Positions 34,706 to 47,062 of a DNA stretch of 64,000 bases are shown here, piece after piece; position 1 is the stretch's first letter, and each line of letters opens with the position of its first letter. A model generated the notes under the pieces. The model ran no database searches and was not told where the DNA came from. It saw only the letters and a list, made by a program, of their open reading frames with translations. The stretch comes from Octopus bimaculoides (lineage: Eukaryota). The stretch is taken from positions 80,545,335 to 80,609,334 of the forward strand of contig NC_068983.1 in the NCBI RefSeq assembly GCF_001194135.2. The letters run 5' to 3'. The position numbers and the translations under genes are program-made.

Positions 34706-35399
34706 ATATATGTATATATACATGCATATATCATTTGTATTATTATTATATATATATATATATACATACATACACACACACACGCACACACACACATACA
34801 CACATGTACATGTATATGTATGCATACAACCATATNNNNNNNNNNNNNNNNNNNNNNNNNNNNNNNNNNNNNNNNNNNNNNNNNNNNNNNNNNNNNNNNN
34901 NNNNNNNNNNNNNNNNNNNNNNNNNNNNNNNNNNNNNNNNNNNNNNNNNNNNNNNNNNNNNNNNNNNNNNNNNNNNNNNNNNNNNNNNNNNNNNNNNNNN
35001 NNNNNNNNNNNNNNNNNNNNNNNNNNNNNNNNNNNNNNNNNNNNTCATTTGTATTATTATTATATATATATATATATACATACATACACACACACACGCA
35101 CACACACACATACACACATGTACATGTATATGTATGCATACAACCATATACAAATGTATGCCTGTATGTATGTATTTATGTCATCATATCAGCAGCATTG
35201 ATTCCCAGTCATCGTGACTAAGTCAGTTCTTAATTGGAGTCACTGCCCTCCTATAAGGGTTGGGGGAACACCAATTTTATTTTTGACATGATTTTTATAC
35301 TTGGATGCTCTTCCTAACACCAACCACGTTACAGAGCTAAATGGGTGCATATTATCATAGCACCAAAACTAGTGAAGTTGCCTTGTACCCTACAAGGAA

Positions 35400-35870
35400 A
35401 AAGGGTCCTCACTGCTCTATTGTCTTTGTTCAGGGAACTGCATTCAATAGAGTGAGTAGAAGAGAGACTGATTTCAGAAAATGTACTAGAGTGAGAGGAG
35501 GGAAAACAGAAGTACAAGGGAAGAAACAGTGATTGAAGTGATTGTGTAGAAAAGGAATAAATTGGAGAATCATGGCTAGGATTAATGGAAGAGAGATAGT
35601 AATAGTTGAGTGTAGTGAGAGAAATGGCATTGGGATATGAGTGAGTGACACAAATGGCAGCTACATGTTACCTGGTAAGAGAGGGAATGACAGATAGTTT
35701 AAGGGTGTGATGGATATCAATAACAAATGATCTTGGAGAGAGGGAGCAGTGGCTAGCAGTATAGAAGGGTATACCATTTCTTTTGCAGTAAGTGTATATA
35801 TGTCTATAAATAGATTTAGAATTAAGGCAAGGACTGTTAGAATTCATAAAGGAATCAGGTTGACACCAGA
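35400..35870 (-). mobile_element. Possible CR1/L2-group LINE 3' remnant, heavily decayed
   Basis: Minus-strand peptides KSIYRHIYTYC and LTR*HVAAICVTHSY loosely resemble the L2/CR1 C-terminal motifs IRPxxEYC and RRxVAxLxxFY. Confidence 0.35.
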
Positions 35871-35872
35871 AC

Positions 35873-35998
35873 TTATCCATTGTAAGCTTAGTACTTATTC
35901 TATTGGTCACTTTTGCTGAACCGCTGGATCATGGGGACATAAACACACCAGCATCGGTTGTCAAGGGATGGTGGGGGGGGGGCAAACACAGATACACA

Positions 35999-36045
<47 letters not shown>

Positions 36046-36210
36046 GATAGGCTTCTTTCAGTTTCTCTCTACCAAATCCACTCACAAAGCTTTGGTTGAC
36101 TCGAGGTTATAGCAGAAGACACTTGCCCAAGGTGCCATGCAGTGGGACTGAACCCAGAACCATGTGGTTGGTAAACAAGCTACTTACCACACAGCCATTC
36201 CTGTACCTAT
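35873..36210 (-). mobile_element. SINE family A, near full length
   Basis: Both modules and the internal (TA)n are present; the head ends CTTACCACACAGCCATTCCTGTACC. Confidence 0.9.
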
Positions 36211-36292
36211 GAATTAATGACAATTATTTATTGATAAAAATTATTGTTTTCATTAGTGTTGTATTTTTTAGTAATATAAAATGTTATTGTCT

Positions 36293-36690
36293 ACAGGCAT
36301 GGCTGTGTGGTAAGAAGTTTGCTTCGCAACCCCATAGTTCCAGGTGTGTGGCACCTTGGGGAAGTGTCTTTTGCCACAGCCTGGGCTGACAAAAATCTTG
36401 TGAATGAATTTTGTAGGGAGAAACTAAAAGAAGCCTGTCGTATGTGTGTGTGTGTGTTTGGGGGGTTTCTACCTGTGTTTGTTGCACACCAATGCTTGGC
36501 AACAGTGTTGTTGTATTTACACCCCTGTAACTTAGTGTTAAGCAAAAGTGACCAGTAGAATAAGTACCAGGTTTGAAAAAATTAAGTAATTACTGGAGTC
36601 AATTTCTTCAACTAAAATTCTTCAAAGTGATGCTCCAGCATGGCCGCAGTGAAATGAATAAAACAAGTAAAAGATAAAAGATAAAGTTAC
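36293..36690 (+). mobile_element. SINE family A, full length, older copy
   Basis: ACAGGCATGGCTGTGTGGTAAGAAGTTTGC...(TG)n...GCTCCAGCATGGCCGCAGT...AAACAAGTAAAAGATAAAAG. Confidence 0.9.
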
Positions 36691-39115
36691 CTTCCACACC
36701 TATTACTTTCTAGTATAATCCCCACTCCTCTTTCTCTCTCTCTTGTTTTCTGTCTATCTGAGATTTACAGTGAAGCAGTAGATGTTCTCTGTAAAGCCCT
36801 TCTTGACAAATGCATCAAACAGTAATTAGAGCAACTCACCTTCTTTTCTGTACCTTACTTTATAACTCTATGAAAAAATGCAGAAGAAAAGCACTTTAAA
36901 TATATATTTAATACTTTATTAATTACTATTTTTTTCCACAAATCACTCATCTACGAATAAAGAGTGAAAGTGGTTTCATCTTTGACCAGAGACACCACAA
37001 AATGGCTTTGATAAGATTTAAGATACAGCCATCTCAGCTATATGATATTAGAGTTTAATAATAAATTAGAATGTTCAAACAGAAATGGGTTTCTTATGTA
37101 GCCACAAATATATAACTTCAAATAAAAAATACAATATATTTTTATTACATTAGGTGTTCATCTAGCCATAATTTTATTGAGGCAATTTCACTCGATGCAA
37201 TTATATGATAAATCTTTAATTATCGTCTTCTTTGTCTAAAATATAGGTGTAATACTAAATTCTGTAGATACAAATGTAATATTGCAAATAAGTTTCTCAA
37301 ACTTTCAAACTTTTCAGTTTGAAAATGAAGTCTATGAAAGAATAGAAAAATATGAAATGAGAAATTGCTGAAATATATGAAGTTTTAAAAACAAGACATA
37401 TTTTTCATTGAAAATGTCCTTGTTAGAATAAATTAAACATGTACAAATTTTTCTGCTATTACTCATTTTTCTATTTATCTTTTCTTTTTTTTCTTTTGTT
37501 AAAAGTTTCAAAGCAACTGTAAAAGCAATCTATCTTTTATTACTCACATTTCACATAATTTTCTGTTATTTAATCTAGTCTTTCTTCAATTTTAGTTTTC
37601 CTATTTATATCATGTTCCGGGTGTTTTTGTTTGTTTTTGTTACTTTTTTCTTTGGCTTGGGAAATTTTGTCATCCTGCCTGAAAGTAAATTAGCAAATTA
37701 TAAACATGCGCGTTAAAAACTTATATACTCTATATCCAATATTTATTATCTATTTTATATACATGTGTGGAAATACTGAAATATAGGTATTTATATTGTT
37801 GTTTTATCAATTCTGCCAAACAATTATTATTTACAAATGTTTAGAACAAAGGAATCTTACATAATATAAGTATTTCTCACAAGATAAGCAAAATTACTCA
37901 ACAAAAATCCAATACCTTGTCTATGCTATCATATAGACAATTGGAAATTTCATTCTTTCAATGTACATCATACTGTTAGTTATTTAGATATTAAACACCA
38001 CAGAAAACCTGCTGGGTTGATATCTGTTGATATGTAGCCAATATGTTTTTAGTTTTAAGACATTTTCCTTACACTTTAAAATCAATTGGGAAATTATTTT
38101 TTAAAAATTCCACAATAATCTAAATTTATAGATGCAAACACGAATTGGATGTTTTATAAAATATTAAGGAAAATTAGAATAATAGAAAATAAGAACATAA
38201 TCTTTTGTAATGACTTTAGGAATTGATGAAAGGATGTTAAATTTAAGAAAAATTAATTTAGAAAAATATCAATTTTACAATGAAAAATTTTCTTATAAAA
38301 TCCCATAGAATTTCAATATTAGGAACAAATAAATTAAAATTGCCACCAACTATATTTGCCAAGAATTATAATTTATGTTCTTTAAAAATAAAATGTAGAT
38401 TTCCAAGTATAATAATATATTTCACCAACAGAAGAATTGAATGTAGTTTTGTAAATAAAGGAAAGGAGAACAGGTTCAGTTTTGATATGCAGCTGGCATA
38501 TTTGTTTCACATATGATCTATTATTAATTAAAGAGACTCACTCTACAGCCATAAAACTACACCACTTATATATATATTCTGACCTTTGATTGCCAACTAT
38601 GTAATAAATAAAGGAATATATTATACTGTTTGCTAAAATATTAAATTATTGCAGAGAGAAAATTACTGTAAATAGTGTAAAGGTAAAATTAAGGTAATAG
38701 AATATATTCTAAAGAGTAGAAACAAATCTCATTAAAATGATTTGGTTTCAAATTTAGAATTTGATTGTATGCTGCCCATGGTGGGACACTGCTTTCAAAG
38801 ATTTAATCAATCATATCCCCTTCCATCAGGGCATATTTCAATTTGATACCTATTTTATTGATCTCTAATAGCTCAGTTGCTTTGTATAAAGAAACAATAT
38901 GAAGAAAATCAGTTTCTAAAACAGTATAAAGATTAACATAGATATGAACTCAGATAAATACACATGTACATACATATGTATGGGTGGATGTATGAATATA
39001 TGTATAATTGTGTGTGTGTGTGTATGTATATGTGTATATATATATATGCATGTGTATGTATGAATGTCAGTATCTATGCACATATGCATATGCATGAATG
39101 TATGTATGTATGTGT

Positions 39116-39500
39116 GGAGGCGCAATGGCCCAGTGGTTAGGGCAGCAGACTTGCGGTCATAGGATCGCAGTTTTGATTCTCAGACCGGACGTTGTGTTTA
39201 TTGAGCGAAACACCTAAAGCTCCATGTGGCTCCGGCAGGGTATGGTGGCAAACCCTACTGTGCTCTTTCACCACAACTTTCTCTCACTCTTATTTCCTGT
39301 TTCTGTTGTGCCTGTAATTCAAAGGGTCAGCCTTGTCACACTGTGTCACGCTGAATATCCCCCGAGAACTACGTTAAGTGTACACTTGTCTGTGGAGTGC
39401 TCAGCCACTTGTACATTAATTTCACGAGCAGGCTGTTCCGTTGATCAGATCAATTGGAACCCTGGACGTCGTAAGCGACAGAGTGCCAACAACAACAACA
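39116..39500 (+). mobile_element. tRNA-derived SINE, family B, full length with (CAA)n tail
   Basis: A-box TGGCCCAGTGG (39126-39136), degenerate B-box GTTTTGATTCT (39170-39180), body shared with 6342-6620 and 20402-20545, tail GAGTGCC(AAC)n. Confidence 0.88.
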
Positions 39501-40009
39501 ATGTATGTATGTATGTATGTATGTATGTGTGTATGTATGTTTGATGGATTTCTGCACAATTTCTAATCACAAAGTGTTGGTCCACTCCCAAGAATATACA
39601 AAAAGACATTTTTCCAATGGCACAAAACCTGGAACCACATGATTGCAAAATCAATTTCTGTAACCCCACAGCTATGCCCATGTGCCTGTTTGAATAGTTT
39701 CATTAAATCTTTCTGCTATACTGACTTTATGAATGTATGTCAGTATATGTGTTTTTGTATGAACAAGGTTTAATTGGTTGAGTAGTTTTCAGACAGAAGG
39801 CCATTTAACTAGACACCAAAAATTCACTCACCAACATGTTTCATCTATTAACCCACAGATGCATTGTTCTCTCTCATTCTCTTACTCTCACTCTCTCCCC
39901 CTTTCTCTCTTCCTTTCATTCTCTCTCTTTCTCTTTCTCTCTCTCTCTCCCTCTTTCTCACACACACACACATACACACCATACATATATACACACACAC
40001 TTTCTCACT

Positions 40010-40395
40010 CCTACTTAGACTGCAGCCATGCTGGGGCACCACCTTGAAGGGTTTAGTTAAACAAATCAACCCCAGTACTTTTTAGTTTTTAAAGTCTGTA
40101 CTTATTCAATCAGTCACTTTTCCTAAACTGCTAAGTTACAGGGATGTAAGCAAACCAACACTGGTCGCCAAGTGGTGGTGGGGGACAAACACAAAGACAA
40201 AGACAAGCACACATAAGATACATATATATCTATTATACTGGGCTTCTTTCAGTTTTCATCTGCCAGTTCCACTCACAAAGCTTTGGTCAGCCTAGGGCTA
40301 TAGTAGAAAACACTTGCCAAAGGTGCCACACAGTGGGACTGAACCCAGAACCATGTGGTTGGAAAGTAAACTTCTTACAACACAGCCACACCTTT
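40010..40395 (-). mobile_element. SINE family A, full length
   Basis: GCAGCCATGCTGGGGCACC...GGGGGACAAACACA...GGGCTTCTTTCAG...CTTACAACACAGCCAC. Confidence 0.88.
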
Positions 40396-40429
40396 TTTTT
40401 TTTAAGTTTTGCTACAGTAGTTTGATTTC

Positions 40430-40640
40430 AGCTGACTTTAATCATATTTAGGTGGTAGGTGAAAAGTTGGTATTGAGTTAAGGATTGTGATTTGGTTGGT
40501 GTTAAGTGTATATTTTGATAAGTTAATGAATTTATTCTTATGTATGGACAGAGTGATTTTTATTTTGTATAGTTTGCTTAGCCTTCTTTCTATTATTGTA
40601 TCTAATGTATATAGAGAGTGTATTCTGTATTTTATCAAGG
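40430..40640 (-). mobile_element. Possible Penelope-like element N-terminal ORF remnant
   Basis: Minus-strand ORF KNKFINLSKYTLNTNQITILNSIP resembles the Penelope-like (V/I)INLSxxxL...LxKGxxF motif upstream of the RT. Confidence 0.45.
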
Positions 40641-40849
40641 ACTGTTTCTACATTGTTTAATAATATTTTACCACTTTTTCATCAGTTTCTTTTTTTTAAC
40701 TACATGATTTCGACTTCTATATTTTCAATCTCTTAAGTTGTTGTATGTATTTGCCATTCAATCAATATCCCCCTGAATTCCATCATACACTTCACATTTT
40801 TTACTGTTGTATCATGTAACTTCATGTTTGTATACATGGAGGACAACTT

Positions 40850-41920
40850 TTCTTTTTACTCCTTTACTCTTTTACATATTTCAGTCATTTGATAGCAGCC
40901 ATGCTGGACCACCACGTTTAGTCAAAGAAATCGACCCCAGGACTTATTATTTGTAAGCCTAGTACTTGTTCTATCGAACTCTTTTGCCGAAACACTAAGT
41001 TTTGAGGACATAAACACACCAACATCAGTTGTCAAGTTATGGTGGGGGTACAAACACAGATACAATGGCACACACACGTAAATATATATACATATATANN
41101 NNNNNNNNNNNNNNNNNNNNNNNNNNNNNNNNNNNNNNNNNNNNNNNNNNNNNNNNNNNNNNNNNNNNNNNNNNNNNNNNNNNNNNNNNNNNNNNNNNNN
41201 NNNNNNNNNNNNNNNNNNNNNNNNNNNNNNNNNNNNNNNNNNNNNNNNNNNNNNNNNNNNNNNNNNNNNNNNNNNNNNNNNNNNNNNNNNNNNNNNNNNN
41301 NNNNNNNNNNNNNNNNNNNNNNNNNNNNNNNNNNNNNNNNNNNNNNNNNNNNNNNNNNNNNNNNNNNNNNNNNNNNNNNNNNNNNNNNNNNNNNNNNNNN
41401 NNNNNNNNNNNNNNNNNNNNNNNNNNNNNNNNNNNNNNNNNNNNNNNNNNNNNNNNNNNNNNNNNNNNNNNNNNNNNNNNNNNNNNNNNNNNNNNNNNNN
41501 NNNNNNNNNNNNNNNNNNNNNNNNNNNNNNNNNNNNNNNNNNNNNNNNNNNNNNNNNNNNNNNNNNNNNNNNNNNNNNNNNNNNNNNNNNNNNNNNNNNN
41601 NNNNNNNNNNNNNNNNNNNNNNNNNNNNNNNNNNNNNNNNNNNNNNNNNNNNNNNNNNNNNNNNNNNNNNNNNNNNNNNNNNNNNNNNNNNNNNNNNNNN
41701 NNNNNNNNNNNNNNNNNNNNNNNNNNNNNNNNNNNNNNNNNNNNNATATATATATATATATAATGATGGGTTTCTTTCAGTTTCCCTGTACCCAATCCAC
41801 TCACAAGGTTTTGGTCAGCCTGAGGCTATAGTAGAAGACACTTGCTCAAGGTGCCACCCAATGAGACTGAACCTAGAACCATGTGGTCGGGATGCAAGCT
41901 TCATACAACACAGCCACATC
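40850..41920 (-). mobile_element. SINE family A interrupted by an N-gap at its internal microsatellite
   Basis: 3' module at 40850-41060 and 5' module at 41765-41920 in the same orientation on either side of gap 41099-41745, which is bounded by (TA)n. Confidence 0.8.
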
Positions 41921-42225
41921 TTACTTGAATTTTCTGCTTTTTACTATTAGTTTGGAAGATTAAAGATCCTAAATTCATAGTCGAGGTCTCTAGACATTCA
42001 CAGTATCATTTTCAAGAGCTGAATATATTTGGTGGGTGTATTGTTTCTAATATACTGATTGAATTCATATAAACTTTCCTGCCAAAGATCATTAGCTTCA
42101 TACATCAACAGTCCAATCATGCATTTACAACATGAAGCCGTTGCAAAAAATTATACCACACAGCACACAGGAAACTACTAGAGGAAAACACTTACACACA
42201 CAGTTATGTACACACACACAGTTAT

Positions 42226-42259
<34 letters not shown>

Positions 42260-42284
42260 GTTTATGTATGTATATATATACATG

Positions 42285-42490
42285 GATTTCAAATTTTGAC
42301 ACAAAGTCAGCAATTCTAGAGAAGTGAATTACATCAATCCCAGTATCCAAAAGGAACTTATTTCATCGACCCTGAAACAATGAAAGGCAAAGTTGACCTC
42401 AGTGAAATTTGAACTCAGAATATAAAATGGACGAAATGCTGCTAAACATTTTATCTAGCATGATAACAATTCTACCAGCTCACTACATTC
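42285..42490 (-). mobile_element. SINE family C copy
   Basis: CATCGACCCTGAAACAATGAAAGGCAAAGTTGACCTCAGTGAAATTTGAACTCAGAA matches 9612-9838. Confidence 0.8.
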
Positions 42491-42510
42491 ATACATATAT
42501 ACACACACAG

Positions 42511-42541
<31 letters not shown>

Positions 42542-42658
42542 TTATATATATATATATATANNNNNNNNNNCCTCCTTCTTCTTCTTCGTTTAACGTCCAA
42601 TTTCTCATGCTTGCATGGCTCAGAAGTGGTTGAGGTTGAGAAAAATCACTCAGTTTCA

Positions 42659-43820
42659 TTATCATCATCATCATCGTTTAACGTCTGCTTTCCATGCTGG
42701 CATAGGTTGAATGAATTGACAGAGGACTGGCAAACCAGATGGCTGCACCAGGCTCCAATCTGATCTGGCAGAGTTTCTACAGCTGGATGCCCTTCCTAAT
42801 CCCAACCACTCTGAGAGTGTGGTGGTTGCTTTTATGTGCCACTGGCACAAGGGCCAGTCAGGCGATACTGGCAATAACCACACTCAAATGGTGTTTTTTA
42901 CGTGCCACCTGCACAAGAGCCAGTCCAGTGGCACTGGTAACGACCTCACTCAAACATTTTTTCACGTGCCACCGGCACAAGTGCCAGTAAGGCGACGCTG
43001 GTAATGATCACGCTCGAATGGTGCTTTTTACATGCCACCAGCACGGAAACCAGTCAGCTGCTCTGGCAATGATCACGCTCAGATGGTGCTCTTAGTGCTC
43101 CACTAGCACAGATGCCACTCATCGAATTTGATTTCAATTTCACTTGCTTCAACAGGTCTTTGCAAGCAGAGTCTATTGTCCAATGAAGGAAAGGTACACA
43201 TAAGTGGGCTGGTTACACCCCTGGCATAGGCCATGGGTTATGGTCTCACTTGGCTTGCCGGGTCTTCTCAAGCACAGCATATTTTCAAAGGTCTCAGTCA
43301 CTAGTCATTGCCTCGGTGAGGCCTAATGTTTGAAGGTCGTGCTTCACCACCTCATCCCAGGTCTTCCTGGGTCTACCTCTTCCACAGGTTCCCTCAACCT
43401 CTAGGGTGTGGCACTTTTTCACACAGCTATCCTCATCCATTCTCGCCACATGACCATACCAGCACAGTCGTCTCTGTTGCACACCACATCTGATGCTTCT
43501 TAGGTCCAACTATTCTCTCAAGGCACTTACACTCTGTTGAATATGCACACTGACATTACACATCCAGCGGAGCATACTGGTTTCATTCCTTGCAAGCTTA
43601 TGCATGTCCTCAGCAGTCACGGCCCATGTTTCACTGCCATGTAGCATGGCTGTTCGTACACATGCGTCATACAGTGTACCTTTTACTCTGAGCGACAGGC
43701 TCTTTGTCACCAGCAGAGGTAAGAGTTGTCTGAACTTCGCCCAGGCTATTCTTATTCTAGCAGCTATACTTTCAGTTCACCCACCTCTGCTACTGACTTG
43801 GTCACTTAGGTAATGGAAGC
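42659..43820 (-). mobile_element. RTE-clade LINE, 5'-truncated: end of ORF, long 3' UTR, (GAT)n tail
   Basis: One reading frame with few stops: SFHYLSDQ...ARIRIAWAKFRQLLPLL...LYDACVRTAMLHGSETW...MLRWMC...RRLCWYGHVARM...GRGRPRKTWDEVVKHDL. The UTR has ~64-bp tandem units and ends CATGGAAAGCAGACGTTAAAC(GAT)n. Confidence 0.95.
42830..43115. repeat. ~64-bp tandem repeat (4 to 5 units) inside the RTE 3' UTR
   Basis: Units begin TTTA(C/T)GTGCCAC(C/T)GGCACAAG.GCCAGT and end CAC(A/G)CTC.AATGGTG. Confidence 0.85.
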
Positions 43821-44113
43821 TTGGCATAAATTTAGTAACAGTCTTGCTTCAGACTCTGGATCACATGTCTTGTATTTTTCTCTGTCTTTTCTGTTGTTAT
43901 GATGGCTCTTTTTTTCTTGGAGCTGACTAGATCTATTTCACTCCACACAGACTCTTTTCATTCATTCAACTTTTCTCTACTTCATCCCCCTGGCCCCACG
44001 CAAACTACAATCCCCATGCCTTTCTTTTTAGAAGTTTAGCCCTCTGAAATTCCTTTCTGACACATGTCTTTCTTGCAGTCATCAACTTGCGACAATTTAA
44101 GCATGGCATAAGC

Positions 44114-44439
44114 CATGGATCAGTGAACCAGGGTAAATTACTCCAAGTGGAGTAAAAATGAAATTCTTGGGGTTAATGAGGACTCATTAGGCATAAGTAA
44201 AATTACATAAAAACCGTGTTCCTTGTTACAGCAGAAAATTTTCGTCTGGTAAAACTGCATCTGACCAATGTAATGGATGTGTAAATAAATTCATATAAAT
44301 AGATTCAGTAGAACAGATTCAATAAATCTTTTGAATTCAAAAGAATCTATGATTTTCTACTTTTCAAATCAAGTGGGTAATGTTGGTGTAAATAAATATA
44401 TTTTGGAGTAGTTGGTTAAAAAAAGTTCCCCAACCCCTG
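44114..44439. mobile_element. hAT-type MITE, copy 1
   Basis: Ends GTTCCCCAACCCCTG; degenerate left TIR CATGGATCAGTGAACC; 8-bp flanks GCATAAGC / ACATAAAC (6/8 match); homologous to 44689-44998. Confidence 0.75.
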
Positions 44440-44688
44440 ACATAAACAGAACCTATCTTGCTAATCTTGGAGATCCTACAAAGGCAATGACTCCTGAACC
44501 TTCCTTTAAATCTAACTAATAAAAATGATATTTTAGTCAGGTGCTTACTTTAAAAAACCTAATTTGTTGCATCTTTAAGTGACAGTGACACAACATAAAC
44601 ACACACATCAAGAAGCACATACATATATGACAGACATCTACACAGTCTCCTTCTATGTAATTTCTAATAAATTACTAATCAACTAGAG

Positions 44689-44998
44689 CAGGGGTTGGCG
44701 AATCGGGGTAAATTATCCCAAGTGGGGTAAAAATGAAATTCTTGTGGGTAATGCAGACTCATTAGACATAAGTAAGATTACAGAAAAAGTGTGTTCCTTG
44801 TTATGACAGAAATTTTTCTTCTGGCAACACCGCATCTGTCCAATGTAATGGAATGTAAATAAATTCATATAAATTGATTAAATAAACCTTTTGAATTAAA
44901 AAAGCCCTATGATTTTCTTCCTTTCAAATCAAAGGGGTAATGTCGGCCTAAATAAATATATTTTGGGCTAATTGGTTAAAAAGGTTCCCTGACCCCTG
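44689..44998. mobile_element. hAT-type MITE, copy 2
   Basis: TIRs CAGGGGTTGGCGAA / GGTTCCCTGACCCCTG; 8-bp flanks AACTAGAG / AACTACAA (6/8 match), consistent with hAT 8-bp target duplications. Confidence 0.8.
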
Positions 44999-46569
44999 AA
45001 CTACAAGCTAAAGTAGAAAACATCTAAGGTACTGTGCAGTAGAATTAAAACTCTCATGTCCACATGTTTTTTTTTGGGGGGGGGGCAACCTTTTTAACCA
45101 CACAACCATATTCATGTCTGTTATACAGCTAAAATATACTTAACAGTTGTTATATACAACAATAAATACTTCTTCAATGGGTTTATGCTCTCAAGTTTAT
45201 CTAATCAACCCTAGTAGATTGCTGAACTTGAGGAATAAAATATTGATTTCTAACCTAGGTACAAAGCCATATATTTCTAGGAGAGCATTATAGTTGATTA
45301 AATCAACCACTGTGTGTTACTGGTTTTATCATAAGGTCAAAAGAGAACCTCTGATAATTTCCTACCATCTTAAATAAGGAAAGACATAATAAATAATGTA
45401 GTCTTACATACTCCTAAATATTGTTTGTGAGGGTCAAAACTGGGATGTTTTTTGTTATATAAGGGTTGACTGTGGCCAGACAATGACGAGGACCACAACA
45501 ACTGATATTATCATCTCTAAATGAATTAAATACAAAGGCAACCCCGTTATTTGAACTCAGAATTTAAAAGTATGTAACCATATGCATGGACATACCTGTA
45601 TGGTTAAGTTTTCATTGCAATATGATGTCAGTTTGATTCCACTTTGAGCAAGTGTCTTCTTTAATAGCCTTGGACCAACCAAACCCTTGTCATAAAATTT
45701 GGAAGCTAGTCAGAAAGACTATTCCTGCTCTTGAATGATAGATGTAGTCCATGCTGGTTTAATGTCACCACTATTTTTTACATGTCTATATAATTCCACT
45801 TCTTTGCAATTCATATCTCATCTATTTGGTTGTTTGATTTGCTTGAAATAACAGCCAAACTTTTCTCAAATCACACCCAACTTCCTACTACATTAAAAAG
45901 AGAAAAAAAACCATTTGATAATATAGTCAAAGATACACTGCACTTGATAAAGAAATGAGAAGAGTAGATGGTCGGGCTGGAAAGCATTTGATCATGGGTC
46001 TCCTCAGTCCAGATTGACCTGGGGCTAAACGACAACAATAAGCATTCAAATGAATTTTCTTGTTGTTTTAGTTATCACATCTTTCAGTATCTTTCATCCT
46101 TATTCTAGTAACTATATTTTCCCTCTGTAACTGTATATATTTATGAAACTCACATTTCCATTTTTATTGCTTACCAATCAATAACTATAAAGTATATTTT
46201 ACTTTCTTTTTCATATTTTATTTCATATTTCTATAGGTTATGAGTGTAATCATCTGCCATCAGCATAACTAATCAAATGTTAGACTTTATATAATTTAAT
46301 CAATCTTTTGTTGATTATATAATTGCAATTATGTAGAAATACTTTAAAATAAACATGAGTATGCTAGAAAATAATTATCTGATATCTGGCATGAAGGAAA
46401 AAGCTGTTTGGCAAAAATAAACATTTTTCTTTCTATAATGATACATTCTTTAGCTATCTTTAAATACATTTTTAATTAAAAGAAAAAATTACGTTACAAA
46501 ATTTCAGACAAAGAATTTTGATTGTCATATGCAATTAATTGACTAAATATATAAAAATTCAGTATATTT

Positions 46570-47062
46570 GTATAGATCCCAACCTTTTTATTCTTGTGGA
46601 ACCCTTGAAATGCATTCCATGTTTCATGAAACCTCTACATAAAAATTATTATATATCTTTATTAATTGCTTTTTTTCTTTCATGCTGCTAAATTGCATGA
46701 GATTAAAACAAATCATAAAACTGCTTTTGAAAGTTTGCTAGTGCTAAATCCATCAGATATCATAATGAATATTTAAGAAACTTCTTTATTAAAACCTTGC
46801 TTAGAATAAATTCTCTGATATTTCCCTATTAGGAAGTCATATTTTTTGTGGAGTATCCTAACTAACTAGAGATTCTAGGATTTCACTAACTTTGGGAATA
46901 TGCCATGTACACATAATAAAAGTAAAAATGTAGACTTAAACCAAAAACATTTTGAAAATACGTTTGAATATAATTAGCCTATTTATTTCCCTCTCTTATG
47001 GAACACTACTGACCTCTTGTGGAACAGTAAGGTGTTGGGGAACCCAAGTTGAGAAACATTGA
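46570..47062. mobile_element. Possible hAT/Charlie-type MITE, decayed
   Basis: Left end TCCCAACCTTTTTATTCTTGTGGAACCC; right end GGAACCCAAGTTGAGAAACATTG, resembling CAGTGTTTCCCAACC-type TIRs. Confidence 0.5.

Noticed and set aside
34731-35149. 105-bp direct duplication (34731-34835 and 35045-35149)
   Set aside because: Identical low-complexity sequence on both sides of an N-gap; typical unmerged contig overlap.
39116-39190. tRNA gene
   Set aside because: A- and B-box-like motifs are present, but there is no acceptor-stem closure and the sequence runs into a repeated SINE body; it is a tRNA-derived SINE head.
42830-43115. CRISPR-like regular repeats
   Set aside because: The units are contiguous and diverged with no unique spacers, lie inside an RTE 3' UTR, and there are no cas genes in this eukaryotic context.
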